A DNA stretch of 64,000 nucleotides from an uncultured Victivallales bacterium (GTDB lineage: Bacteria > Verrucomicrobiota > Lentisphaeria > Victivallales > UBA1829), in assembly GCA_934644965.1 (NCBI GenBank), contig CAKUDG010000001.1:32500-96499 (forward strand). Reading direction: 5' to 3'. Shown piece after piece: positions 10,162 through 20,018 of this stretch (its first letter is position 1; each line of letters opens with the position of its first letter). The notes beneath the pieces were generated by a model that ran no database searches, was not told the origin of the DNA, and saw only the letters and a program-made list of their open reading frames with translations. The position numbers were made by a program, and so were the translations under genes.

Positions 10162-13029
10162 ATGAAAAAAAATACGCTGCCTCAGATTCTGAAAGGGGAT
10201 TGGATCTGGATCGAGACTCTGAGGAAAAGATATTCCAGAACCCTGTTCCTCCGCAAGGATTTCATTCTTGATTCCGTGGTTCCCTATGCAGATTTCTACA
10301 TTTCCGCCTCGGGAGCCTATCATCTTTATGTGAACGGGGAATACATCGGATTCGGTCCCGCCTCCTCGCCTGCAGGCTGCGCCTATTGCGACAGGTATGA
10401 CATCTCCATGTATCTGCAGGGCGGAATGAACACAATCGGGATCCTCGCCTTGGATCTTGCCGCGCCGTCCTATTCCCATCTGATGAAAGACCCGGGTGTC
10501 TGGTGCCAGCTGGATATTGATGACAAGCCGCTCCTCTGGAGCAGTACAGACTGGTCCGTATTCGACGGTTCCAGCTTTGAAACCGGGACAGCCCGAAGGA
10601 ACACGGGAATCGAATTCACGGAAAAACAAATCCTCGACGCCAAACCAACAGGCTGGAACGAACCGGGATTTCAATCGAATCACTGGCGGAACGCCACGGC
10701 AGTCCGTCCGGTTACGGACATGACCATGCGTCTGCTTTCCTATCCCTGCACACCCTGTGACCTGAACCAGACGGATCTTCTGGAACTGCTCGGGCACGGA
10801 ACCTTCAAGGAGGGATACGAACATACGCATGTCTCGTTCCGGAGTCTTTCCAACATCCGCAATCCCTACGGGACATACGCGGCTCAAACCTTTTTCCGCG
10901 GAGAAAAGGATGCTGCAGTTCAGGCGGCGCTCTCCTCGGACGATCCCGTGGTCGTGTTTCTCAATGATGAACTGGTCTTCAGCAAGGGAGTGGATCTGGG
11001 AGCGCTTCATCCCGATCCCTGGAGACGCCTCTTCCCGCTGGAGTTTTCCAACATTCATTCCGCCCCACTGTTTCCTCTCCGTTTCCGTGTGAAACAGGGC
11101 TGGAACAAACTTGTTGTTCTGCAGAAGACCGATCCCGCGGGGATGGGTTTTTCCATCATCTTCCCCTCCTGGAAATCCGGCAAAGTCAAATTCAAACGGG
11201 AAGCTCTGACTGACGCCATGGCGGGATGGAAAATCGCGGGTCCCCTGAAAATGCCGATTGAAGAAGCCCTTCCCTCCATTCCCGTGGACCGGCTCGACTG
11301 CATGCCCTTCACCCCGATTCCGGAAAATATCAGCGACGCCTCCACCTGGCTGAATTCCTGTAGCTTCACTCTGAAACAGGATCCTCTCGACCTGAACAAA
11401 GGCATCGGGGAAGGCGAATTTCTCATCTACAAGCTTCCATCCCTGATGTACGGCTTCCCGGTGATCGACCTCGAAGGCCATTCCGGTGATATCGTGGACA
11501 TCACCTGCGGGCTGGAAATACGCGATTCCAAAGTCATTCCCATTGCTCCCGAACTCGGACGGAACACCGACACATTCGTTTTGTCGGAAGGGTCCTGCCA
11601 TGCCATGCGTCTGTTCCCGCGCGGGGCGCGTTATCTCATGCTCTCCGTCCGGAAAGCCAGGAATAAAATCAAGTTCGCAGCCGTCCGTTTCGCCATTTTC
11701 ATGAGAGATTCTCTGAAGGAAAACGATTTTGAATGTTCAGACCCGGTTTTCAACGAGATCTGGAAAATTTCCATGGAATCGCTCAAACAAAGCAGCAATC
11801 TCTCTTTTCTGGACAATCCCTGCGGAAAACGCTGTCAGTCGATTCTGGAATCCATGATTCAATCCCTGGCGTCCTTCTATATGCTGGGAGACACCCGTCT
11901 TTCGGAGAAGGCGATTCTGGAATTCGCATCCGCGCAGATCGAAACCGGAAACATCCCGGATATCGCGACTTCCGACCTGGCAAAATTCCTTCCCGATTAC
12001 GCTCTGCTCTGGCCCATCTGGCTGAATTATCACTGGAATTTCAGCGGGGACGCCGCCTTCCGGGATAAAATGCTCCAGCATCTTGATCTGCTGATCGCGT
12101 GTCTGCGCAGACTCATCGGGCAAGACGGTCTGCTGCATTCCGCAGCCGGAGAAGGTGTCCGCATCCACTCGTATCTCACGGATGTCATCGGAATTGAACG
12201 GGAAGGAGTCATTACTGCGCTGAACGCCCTTTTCTGCCGTTCCATTCTTTCTTCCGCAAGCCTTTACGAAGCGGCGGAGCAGCAGGTCAAGGCGGTCGAA
12301 ACACGGAAACTCGCAGAAGAAAACGCAAACGCCATCAGGAAACTTGTTTTCGACAAGAAAAGCTGTCTCTTCGCCGACTGTGTACGGGACGGGAAGAAAT
12401 CCGAAACCGCCTCCGCCCAGACCAATCTTCTGGCGCTTCTTTCGGGCACGGCGCCCGCCGAATGCCTGGACGTCATTCTGAAAACCTTTGTTTCCGAATC
12501 CATGATCCGCGGCTGTGAAGCCTCTTCCATGTTCAACATTTTCATTCTGGAAACCCTGTTTTCCTTCGGACGCGGCGAACAGGCCTTCCGTCTGATCCGC
12601 AACACCTACATTGAAAAGAAACAGGCGGAGGAAAATTACGGAGGCTCCGCCGGAACTCCGGCTCAGCAGCAGGAAAACACCCTCCTCAAAGGGGAAAGAG
12701 AAGACAGCAGCGAACATGCCGGAAGAATCATTCCGGGCATCTTCCTGATCCGGGAACTCCTCGGGATCCGGCCGGCGGTCCCGGGACTTTCCCAGGTTTA
12801 TTTCAACCCTGCGATTCATGTTGTTTCTCATGCAAAAGGGCACATTTCGACGCCTTACGGAAAAATTTTCATCGAATGGTCCTACAAGGCCGGAGAACTC
12901 AACGTCGTGGCCGACGCCAATTATCCGCTCGACATCGCTCCGGATTTCCCGCCTGAACTTCTGGAACACTGCACGTTCCAGCTCGGGAATTCCGTCAGCG
13001 TTCTGATGCCGGGCGACGATTCCCTTTAA
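10162..13029 (+). CDS. Alpha-L-rhamnosidase-like (GH78-type) six-hairpin glycoside hydrolase
   Basis: N-terminus 'GDWIWIE..FLRKDF..FYISASGAYHLYVNGEYIGFGP' and C-terminal 'LIRELLGIRPAVPGLSQVYFNP' resemble bacterial rhamnosidase N and six-hairpin domains. An AGGAGG RBS precedes the ATG at 10162. Confidence 0.6.
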   Translation: MKKNTLPQILKGDWIWIETLRKRYSRTLFLRKDFILDSVVPYADFYISASGAYHLYVNGEYIGFGPASSPAGCAYCDRYDISMYLQGGMNTIGILALDLAAPSYSHLMKDPGVWCQLDIDDKPLLWSSTDWSVFDGSSFETGTARRNTGIEFTEKQILDAKPTGWNEPGFQSNHWRNATAVRPVTDMTMRLLSYPCTPCDLNQTDLLELLGHGTFKEGYEHTHVSFRSLSNIRNPYGTYAAQTFFRGEKDAAVQAALSSDDPVVVFLNDELVFSKGVDLGALHPDPWRRLFPLEFSNIHSAPLFPLRFRVKQGWNKLVVLQKTDPAGMGFSIIFPSWKSGKVKFKREALTDAMAGWKIAGPLKMPIEEALPSIPVDRLDCMPFTPIPENISDASTWLNSCSFTLKQDPLDLNKGIGEGEFLIYKLPSLMYGFPVIDLEGHSGDIVDITCGLEIRDSKVIPIAPELGRNTDTFVLSEGSCHAMRLFPRGARYLMLSVRKARNKIKFAAVRFAIFMRDSLKENDFECSDPVFNEIWKISMESLKQSSNLSFLDNPCGKRCQSILESMIQSLASFYMLGDTRLSEKAILEFASAQIETGNIPDIATSDLAKFLPDYALLWPIWLNYHWNFSGDAAFRDKMLQHLDLLIACLRRLIGQDGLLHSAAGEGVRIHSYLTDVIGIEREGVITALNALFCRSILSSASLYEAAEQQVKAVETRKLAEENANAIRKLVFDKKSCLFADCVRDGKKSETASAQTNLLALLSGTAPAECLDVILKTFVSESMIRGCEASSMFNIFILETLFSFGRGEQAFRLIRNTYIEKKQAEENYGGSAGTPAQQQENTLLKGEREDSSEHAGRIIPGIFLIRELLGIRPAVPGLSQVYFNPAIHVVSHAKGHISTPYGKIFIEWSYKAGELNVVADANYPLDIAPDFPPELLEHCTFQLGNSVSVLMPGDDSL

Positions 13030-13063
13030 GTTAAGATATCCATCACAAGGAGGTTTTTTCCCC

Positions 13064-14017
13064 GTGTCTCTGATTTCCAACACGGAAGCACTTGAGCTGC
13101 TTCAGGACAACAACTGCCCGGGCGTCACATCCCGTTTTCTGGATCTTCTTTCCCGCGCATGCGCCGCAAGGGAACTTCATAGCGGGCAGAAGATCGAAAT
13201 GTGTTCCATCGTCAATGCCCGATGCGGCAACTGCACGGAAAACTGCGCTTTCTGTGCACAGTCCGCGCGCTCGAAGGCCCCCATCCGTACATGGGACATC
13301 CTCAGTGCGGATGAAATCGTCAAAGGAGCGGAAAACGCCTCGAAGGCCGGTGCCCGGCGCTACGGGATCGTCACGTCCGGACGCTCCGTCGGAAAAGGGA
13401 AGGAACTCGACGTCCTCTGCGACGCCATCCAACGCATCCGGAAGAATCTGGACATCCTCCCCTGCGCCTCTCTCGGAATCCTTTCTGAAGAGGTCCTGCT
13501 CATTCTCAAGGAAGCTGGACTCGAACGCTATCATCATAATCTGGAGACTGCAGAATCCTTTTTCCCCTCCGTCTGCTCCACAAGAAAGTATGAGGATCAG
13601 ACACGGACCGTCAAACTGGCAAAAAAAGCGGGACTTTCCGTCTGTTCCGGAGGCATCTTCGGACTCGGAGAGTCCAACGAACAGAGGATTGAACTGCTCG
13701 ACTGCATCCGTTCACTCGAAGTGGATTCCGTCCCGATCAACTTCCTGAACGCCATCCCGGGAACCCTGCTCGAACATGCCAGAGCGTTGACGCCTTCGGA
13801 ATGTCTGCGAATCATCGCGGTCGCAAAGCTCATGATGCCTTCCGTTTCCATCCGGATCTGCGGAGGAAGAGAAAAGAATCTCCGAGATTTCCAGTCCTGG
13901 ATCTTCGCCGCCGGCGCAGACAGTTTCATGACCGGCGGATATCTCGTCACACCGGGAAGAGACGGCTCCAGCGATCTGCAGATGATCCGTGATGCCGCCA
14001 TGATTCTGCTCCGGTAG
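13064..14017 (+). CDS. bioB: Biotin synthase (radical SAM)
   Basis: 'CTENCAFC' CxxxCxxC motif, 'YHHNLET', 'CSGGIFGLGES'. GTG start. 317 aa. Confidence 0.9.
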   Translation: MSLISNTEALELLQDNNCPGVTSRFLDLLSRACAARELHSGQKIEMCSIVNARCGNCTENCAFCAQSARSKAPIRTWDILSADEIVKGAENASKAGARRYGIVTSGRSVGKGKELDVLCDAIQRIRKNLDILPCASLGILSEEVLLILKEAGLERYHHNLETAESFFPSVCSTRKYEDQTRTVKLAKKAGLSVCSGGIFGLGESNEQRIELLDCIRSLEVDSVPINFLNAIPGTLLEHARALTPSECLRIIAVAKLMMPSVSIRICGGREKNLRDFQSWIFAAGADSFMTGGYLVTPGRDGSSDLQMIRDAAMILLR

Positions 14018-14184
14018 CAGGGGAAAAGTCGGAAGAAGCGCCTTTTCGCTCTCCCTCCTTCTCCTCACTCTTCTCCTCCGGCTTCTCCAGATTCATCCGG
14101 GGAAATTTCCCTCATCATGCATCGGAAGGGGAAAAAGAAAAAAGGAAGAAGACGCGATCCGGACCGGAGCCCTCTCTTCGGCAA

Positions 14185-15045
14185 TTATTTTCCTGCCCCT
14201 TCTTCTCCCCCTGCGGCGGCTGCGGAGGCCGCCGCGGCGGCGGCAGGAAGCGGACGCATATACATGGTCACGCGCGTTCCCTGTTTCGAGGGCACTGTCC
14301 CGACAAGCATCAGGGAGGGGGGAGATTCCCGCATAAAAAATTCTCCCCCGGCGCCCGGAGTCCCGTCTTTGGATTCAGAAGAGACCGGAATCCAGCTGGA
14401 GGCCTTCAGATTTCCTGTCAGTTCAGCAAGCACCTGTTCTCTTCCGTAAGGGGAGGAAAAGACTCCATAGGTGGCGCTCCGCTTCGGGAAACGCATGGAC
14501 AGCAGATCATACGAGCCTGCGGGAAGAGGGAATTCCCCCGGCCAGTCCGAATTCTGCTTCACGCGGGAGGGAGAGGAGGAGGAAGGCAGATCCATCGTGA
14601 ATTGAAGAAGCGGCGCGACACCTGGCATGGCCAGAAGAAAGAGACGGCGCCGTTTCCCGTTTTCCATGGTCTGTTCCATCAGAATGGAGTACTCGTTCGC
14701 CGCCATGGGTGCATCCGGGAAAGAGCTTCTGAGCAGCCGGACCGCGTCCGAAACCGGCAGTTCCACCAGCGCGATGTTCAGTTTCAGACGCTCCCCGTTG
14801 ATGATCACATCCTCGTCCCAGAACTTCTTCGGCTCCAGAATCGCGGAGAGATCCGCGGGTGTCCGCCCGCCGGACGCAGCCGTCCCATTCTCCCCAAAGG
14901 GCCAGAGGGAAAAGACATCCGCCTTCGCTGCAGATGATGCAATACAGAAGAAAAACAGAAGGAGAAGGATTCTCCCGACCGCAGCAGAAGAAGGGGAAAA
15001 CACATGATGTCCCCTTTCTCTCTCTTGTTCAGTATACTTTCTCAT
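14185..15045 (-). CDS. Hypothetical secreted protein (last gene of the ABC-2 operon)
   Basis: N-terminal signal/anchor 'ILLLLFFFCIASSAAKA' and a poly-Ala C-terminal tail. No known motif. Confidence 0.5.
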   Translation of the reverse strand: MRKYTEQERERGHHVFSPSSAAVGRILLLLFFFCIASSAAKADVFSLWPFGENGTAASGGRTPADLSAILEPKKFWDEDVIINGERLKLNIALVELPVSDAVRLLRSSFPDAPMAANEYSILMEQTMENGKRRRLFLLAMPGVAPLLQFTMDLPSSSSPSRVKQNSDWPGEFPLPAGSYDLLSMRFPKRSATYGVFSSPYGREQVLAELTGNLKASSWIPVSSESKDGTPGAGGEFFMRESPPSLMLVGTVPSKQGTRVTMYMRPLPAAAAAASAAAAGGEEGAGK

Positions 15046-15204
15046 TTCAACCTCAGTCCCGGATTGTTGTTCCTCCGTATCCGTTTTCTATCATGTCCGG
15101 AGCATCATCGTGCCCGGACCGCATTTCACTTGCTGCATTCACAGTCCGCCATCATATACCAGGACGTTATCTTTTGCAATTCTTCCATATTCACGTTTTC
15201 TCAT

Positions 15205-16011
15205 TCAGCGTCGGGAAGGCATGAAATCCATGTGTTCCAGGCGCAGGGCGGCAATGGAAAGAAAGATTGCCGCTATGGAGAGAGAATACACCGTCAGCGC
15301 AAATGCAACAAGCCCGATCCCATTGAAATTCGTGAAATAAAACAAGTAATTCGGAAAGAAGTAATAAAAAAAGCCCACAGCCGATTCCGCTTCCGCAGCA
15401 AAATTCGCCGGCAGCATCGCCACCACTATCGGATAACATGCGAAAAATAGGGAAAACACCAGATAAATCACCGCAAAAATCAAAGCCGCAAGATCCCCCA
15501 TGAAGCACGAAAACGTTATAATGACCGCCACAAACGGGAAAAATGCCAGAAGCAGCTGAAACTGACGGAACATCAGACCGGGTGAATACCATTGCCCGGT
15601 CCCGAAATAATGTGCCAGATAGATCACAATCTCGGAAAGAGTGAAGAATATAACGCACATGATGATCACACCGAAATATTTGCCGAGAAGATAGCGCCAT
15701 CTCTGCAGCGGCTTGGAAAGAAGGAGGAAAATCAGCCCACTGGAAATGTCCCGCGGGATTTCAGCCGCGCCGGAGAAAGAGGCCAGGATCACACTGATTG
15801 CAAACGCGAAACAACTGCCCGTCAGAATTCCATAGCCTCCCTGATCCGAAACCAGCTGCGCCAGAATGGAATCCGAGGACACCTGGGCAGACACAGGATC
15901 CAGATCAGATACCATGCAGGAAAGAAGAAGCACGATCAGAAGCATGAGAAAGAACGCAGGTTCCTTCATTTTTCGAAGTGTCAGTTCCGTGATGGCCAGC
16001 ATGTGAATCAT
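15205..16011 (-). CDS. ABC-2-type transporter permease-like membrane protein
   Basis: About 6 TM segments. The architecture and length are typical of ABC-2 / NosY-like permeases. Operon context with an ABC ATPase. Confidence 0.6.
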   Translation of the reverse strand: MIHMLAITELTLRKMKEPAFFLMLLIVLLLSCMVSDLDPVSAQVSSDSILAQLVSDQGGYGILTGSCFAFAISVILASFSGAAEIPRDISSGLIFLLLSKPLQRWRYLLGKYFGVIIMCVIFFTLSEIVIYLAHYFGTGQWYSPGLMFRQFQLLLAFFPFVAVIITFSCFMGDLAALIFAVIYLVFSLFFACYPIVVAMLPANFAAEAESAVGFFYYFFPNYLFYFTNFNGIGLVAFALTVYSLSIAAIFLSIAALRLEHMDFMPSRR

Positions 16012-16208
16012 CCGCCTTCTGTTTTTTTTGGGGGGGGTCTCCCGGAAAAAGGAGTTTCTCCATTTTTTTTAAGGAGGGGAAGAAGCCTCTTTCCCATCCT
16101 GTTCCGATTGTTTTTCCCTGCTGAACGTATTTCCCATTTTACAACCTGAGAAGTGTTTTCTCCGGAGTTGCATCCGGGACTTTTTTTCTGCCCGGCTGCT
16201 TATTTCTT

Positions 16209-16925
16209 TTACCTGGGAGGCTCCGCCGCCTCCAGAGCCGCATTCAGAAAATCCTGAAGCGACTGCTGATAGAAGACTTCATCCGCAATCTTCCTGACCC
16301 GATCCGCATCGTCAAAACGCTTCAGACGGCGCAGCCCCTTTTCAAGTTCCTCATACAGGATCACGTAATCGCGGAATTCAGCTTCCTCCTCCGAAAGCGG
16401 CATGAGGAAAACCACTTTTTCCTCGTCTGAAGGCGAAGGCTTGCGGGAGGAGAATTGATTGTAAGCGGAAATCCAGGCGTTGAATTTTTCCATTCCGCCT
16501 ATTTTGCCCGTGTATTCATGGAAACGGGAAAGGGAGACCCGGTCGGACTCATTCCCGTTGAACATGAAATAAACATACGCGCGGTATGCACCGGGCTCAT
16601 CCGGATAATTCTTCAGAATCTCCCCGTAGACGGCAACGCGTTCGGCGGAATCGCGCGTAAGTTCCGCAATGGACGTCATCAATCCCAGCCGTTCCGACAC
16701 TGTACTGGAGGCGGCAAGACGGCTTTTCAGATTCGTCATCAGAATTCTGTGATTGATCTTGTCCTGCGTGCCGGAAGGCAGACGGGCAATCATGGATTCG
16801 AGCGTCACAGTATTCGGTCGGATCTTTGAAACCACCCCCTGCCGGAGAAGAAATTCAGAGGCGAAATAAGCAAAAAACACTCCCGCAGTCAAACAGTAAA
16901 TCCATGTTTTCCCGTATTTCGCCAT
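16209..16925 (-). CDS. Hypothetical single-pass membrane protein
   Basis: N-terminal TM 'WIYCLTAGVFFAYFASEFLL' followed by a soluble helical domain. No known motif. Confidence 0.5.
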   Translation of the reverse strand: MAKYGKTWIYCLTAGVFFAYFASEFLLRQGVVSKIRPNTVTLESMIARLPSGTQDKINHRILMTNLKSRLAASSTVSERLGLMTSIAELTRDSAERVAVYGEILKNYPDEPGAYRAYVYFMFNGNESDRVSLSRFHEYTGKIGGMEKFNAWISAYNQFSSRKPSPSDEEKVVFLMPLSEEEAEFRDYVILYEELEKGLRRLKRFDDADRVRKIADEVFYQQSLQDFLNAALEAAEPPR

Positions 16926-16961
16926 TTCCCCTTTTCTCCGCCTCCTGCCGAATGGACTTCC

Positions 16962-18005
16962 TCACTCGGATTTTCCACGCTCCTCTTCCACCTTCCAGCC
17001 GCAGGTGGAACAGAATTTGGCTCCTGGAACAAGGACCGAAGCACATTTGACGCAGACACCCCAGACGCGTTTCAGCTCCGCTCCACAGTGCGTACAGAAT
17101 TTCTGCCCTGCGGAAGAAGGATGAAGACAGGATTCGCAAAGATTGTGATCTGCAAAAACCTCTTTCTTGATTTTGGCAATGAGGGCAATCGTTTCAGGCG
17201 AAACTTCAATGCGCTCCCCGTTGAGATCGGTGGGATTCTTCGCCTCCTGAATCGCGGAAAGCAAACGCTCGCGGACATCCGGGATCAGCGGGGAATAATA
17301 TGGCTCCACTGTGGTCAGAGTCTGCTGAAGGGGCTGTTCAGTCACGTTTGGAAGACCGGAGGCTCTCTTCCATTCCCCGTACAGAATGGCGAGTTTGGCA
17401 TAAAATTCCCGGTCGGGAGCATTGCCTTTGGCCTCATCCTTCACCCGGGCGCGAATGTAATTACTTACGATATGGGGTTTCGGCGTGCCGTTGCAGCGCT
17501 CCAGGGCCATCCGGAAGTAATGGGCGGCCTTCTTGAAATCTGGCTGCATCAGGATCTTGTCCGGATTTTCAATGTCGTACACCGGACGGGAATAGACAAA
17601 TCCCGTATAAAAAGGAATATCCGGATTGTTTTTCAGATATTCGATTTCACAGGCCTGATTCAGAAATTCCAGGGTCTTCTGGGGATTCGCGTTCAGAATG
17701 AAGGGAACGGCATCCTGATAAAGACGATCGAAATTGGGATCGAGACTCACCAGCTTCTCCAGCATTTTCGACACCTCGTCCACATTCGTGGAATCCACCG
17801 CCGGAAGATTCCCCAGATAATTGATGAGACGCATCCATTCCACGTCTGAATAAAACTTGTGAAGCCCCGCCACAGGCGCCTTCGTCAGCAGATCCCGGTC
17901 CGCGGAAATCTCCGACTGCATTCCCGACAGGCGCAGCGCCAGCAGAGAAGCCGCAGCCAGTGCCGCCAGCATCACGACAATTTGAATCAGCAAATCTTTT
18001 TTCAT
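16962..18005 (-). CDS. Membrane-anchored helical-repeat protein with a C-terminal double zinc ribbon
   Basis: N-terminal TM 'LLIQIVVMLAALAAASLLAL'. The C-terminus has four CxxC pairs ('CESC','CTHC','CVKC','CSTC'). Confidence 0.6.
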   Translation of the reverse strand: MKKDLLIQIVVMLAALAAASLLALRLSGMQSEISADRDLLTKAPVAGLHKFYSDVEWMRLINYLGNLPAVDSTNVDEVSKMLEKLVSLDPNFDRLYQDAVPFILNANPQKTLEFLNQACEIEYLKNNPDIPFYTGFVYSRPVYDIENPDKILMQPDFKKAAHYFRMALERCNGTPKPHIVSNYIRARVKDEAKGNAPDREFYAKLAILYGEWKRASGLPNVTEQPLQQTLTTVEPYYSPLIPDVRERLLSAIQEAKNPTDLNGERIEVSPETIALIAKIKKEVFADHNLCESCLHPSSAGQKFCTHCGAELKRVWGVCVKCASVLVPGAKFCSTCGWKVEEERGKSE

Positions 18006-18032
18006 GATGAAACACTCTCTCCTTCCCTGCTC

Positions 18033-18761
18033 TTATCGAATATCCCTGAAGCGGAAGATAATGCTCGCAAGCATCAGCGCGAATACCGCATAAGCGATTC
18101 CCCACAGCGTCACCAGCCCCACATAGCTCCAGGGCACCGCAATCTCATACACCGCATGACTCTTGAAATTGAAAAGATCCAGATTCATCAGCACTCCCCC
18201 GTTCAAGACCGGAATGCTGATGTTGTATGTCGAAAACGAAAGCCAGATCGCGATCAGCGTGACCACAGGCGCCAGCATTTCCGGCAGAATCACAGAAAAC
18301 AGCACCGCTACAGCCGCCATCGGAACTATGCTCAGAATCAGCAGAAGCTGTGCTATGACGAAAGAAAGGGTAATCTCTTCGTTGAAGGCAAAATGATAAA
18401 TCCCGAAAGCACCCAGCGCAATCAGAATGCAGATGACAAAACCTGTCACGCAGACTCCGATCATTTTCCCAAAAATATACTGGGTCCGCCCCAGAGACTT
18501 CGTCAGCAGCGTGGATGCCACGCCGTCCTTCAGCTCTCGCGGAATCTCAAAGGTGATCGAAATCACCGCCAGCACCGCAGCAATCTGATTCAGAAGAAGC
18601 GACGCATCCACCATCAGCGTCCTTTCCCTGTTCAGACTGATCACATCATAATTCCATGTACTGGCAATCAGCAGCCACACACACAGAATCAGGAAATACA
18701 CCACCTTCATCCGGAGCACGGCCCGCCACGTACTGCCCGCAATCGCCATTACTTCATTCAT
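18033..18761 (-). CDS. ABC-2-type transporter permease-like membrane protein
   Basis: Six predicted TM segments. It is adjacent to an ABC ATPase on the same strand. Confidence 0.65.
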   Translation of the reverse strand: MNEVMAIAGSTWRAVLRMKVVYFLILCVWLLIASTWNYDVISLNRERTLMVDASLLLNQIAAVLAVISITFEIPRELKDGVASTLLTKSLGRTQYIFGKMIGVCVTGFVICILIALGAFGIYHFAFNEEITLSFVIAQLLLILSIVPMAAVAVLFSVILPEMLAPVVTLIAIWLSFSTYNISIPVLNGGVLMNLDLFNFKSHAVYEIAVPWSYVGLVTLWGIAYAVFALMLASIIFRFRDIR

Positions 18762-18953
18762 AGCACACTCTCTTCTCCCTTCGGGTTCGTTCAGTGAGTT
18801 TGTTTTCCAAAAATTCCAACTTTATAATATCCGTAAGATCCGTCCTTCCCCGGAACAGGCGCTTTTGCTTCCTTCTGGCGGAGGATGGACAACATCCTCG
18901 GCAGGGAAAAGATAAGCGCGCTGCGCAGCTTGTCTGGAGAAATACGCTCCTTC

Positions 18954-19907
18954 TTATTCCTCTTTCTGATGTTCCGCATCATTTTGTTCAATGGTATGAA
19001 AGAAAAAGTTCTCCAGGGATTCCGCAGCGGCCGAACGAATGATTTTCCCGGGAAAACGATCGGAAAGGCGTTTGATTTTCTCCTCCGTCTCCCAGGAGAT
19101 CTTCCGGAAGGAAAGTTTCCAGTCTCCGGATGAGTTTTTCACACTTTCCGAAGCATCGGACATCAGTTCCTTGACAGCGTCATCGCAGGAATGGATCTCC
19201 AGAACCGTTCCGGATTCCGGCAGAAGGTCCTTCAAACTCCCGGAACAAAGCAGACGGCCCTTGTTCAGAATGGCGATATGATCGCAGATTTCCTGCACGT
19301 CGGAAAGAATGTGGCTGCTGAAAAACACCGTCGCATTCCGGCTGCTCTGGGAAGAGATGATCTCCTTGAGTTCCTGCCGCCCATAGGGATCCAGTCCCGG
19401 CAGGGGTTCGTCGAGAATCAGCAGTTCCGGGTAGTTGAGGATGGCCTGCGCAATCCCGATCCGCTGGAGCATGCCGCGGGAGAAGGAGCCGAGCTTCGAC
19501 TTCGCATGTTTCGTCATTTTCACGATTTCAAGCGCTTCCTGAATCCGGTCGCGGCGCAAAGAAGAGGGAATTTTCAGAAGTTTCGCACAGATGGAGAGAA
19601 ATTCCACGGCACTCAGCTGCGGACTGAAGGATGGAGTGTCCGGAAGAAAACCGATGCGGCTTTTCACTTCCACATCATCTGCCGGACGCCCCAGCACCAT
19701 CGCGCTGCCGGCCGTCGGCTTGATAAGATCCATCAGGAGTTTGATTGTCGTTGTTTTCCCGGCTCCGTTCGGCCCCAGAAAACCGAATACGGCACCCCGG
19801 GGGATGTCGATGGTCAGTTCCGACAAGGCCGCGTTCCGGCTCCGGAACAGAAACATCCCGTATTTTTTTGTCAGTCCCCTGGTGGAAATCACAAAGTCGT
19901 CATTCAT
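18954..19907 (-). CDS. ABC transporter ATP-binding protein (ABC-2 type, with C-terminal accessory domain)
   Basis: Walker A 'GPNGAGKTT', signature 'FSRGMLQR', Walker B 'LILDEPLPGLD'. Confidence 0.9.
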   Translation of the reverse strand: MNDDFVISTRGLTKKYGMFLFRSRNAALSELTIDIPRGAVFGFLGPNGAGKTTTIKLLMDLIKPTAGSAMVLGRPADDVEVKSRIGFLPDTPSFSPQLSAVEFLSICAKLLKIPSSLRRDRIQEALEIVKMTKHAKSKLGSFSRGMLQRIGIAQAILNYPELLILDEPLPGLDPYGRQELKEIISSQSSRNATVFFSSHILSDVQEICDHIAILNKGRLLCSGSLKDLLPESGTVLEIHSCDDAVKELMSDASESVKNSSGDWKLSFRKISWETEEKIKRLSDRFPGKIIRSAAAESLENFFFHTIEQNDAEHQKEE

Positions 19908-19978
19908 GCAGGATCCATTCCTTTCCGCCTGTTTCCGCGGCCATCCAAAAAAAATCCTTTTTGAGCTTCACAGTGAGT

Positions 19979-20007
19979 AATATACAGCGTTTTTTCCCTC
20001 CCTGCAA
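19979..20007 (-). promoter_or_regulatory. Sigma70-like promoter TTGCAG-17-TATATT for the ABC-2 operon
   Basis: Read on the minus strand. The -35 box is at 20002-20007 and the -10 box at 19979-19984, about 70 nt upstream of the ATPase start. It lies 12 nt after the hisC stop. Confidence 0.35.
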
Positions 20008-20018
20008 GTGCAAGTAAG

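Noticed and set aside
18791-18991. A 66-aa basic ORF in the gap between the ABC ATPase and the first permease.
   Set aside because: It overlaps the ATPase 3' end in another frame, has no RBS and contains no motif. The gap is left unannotated.
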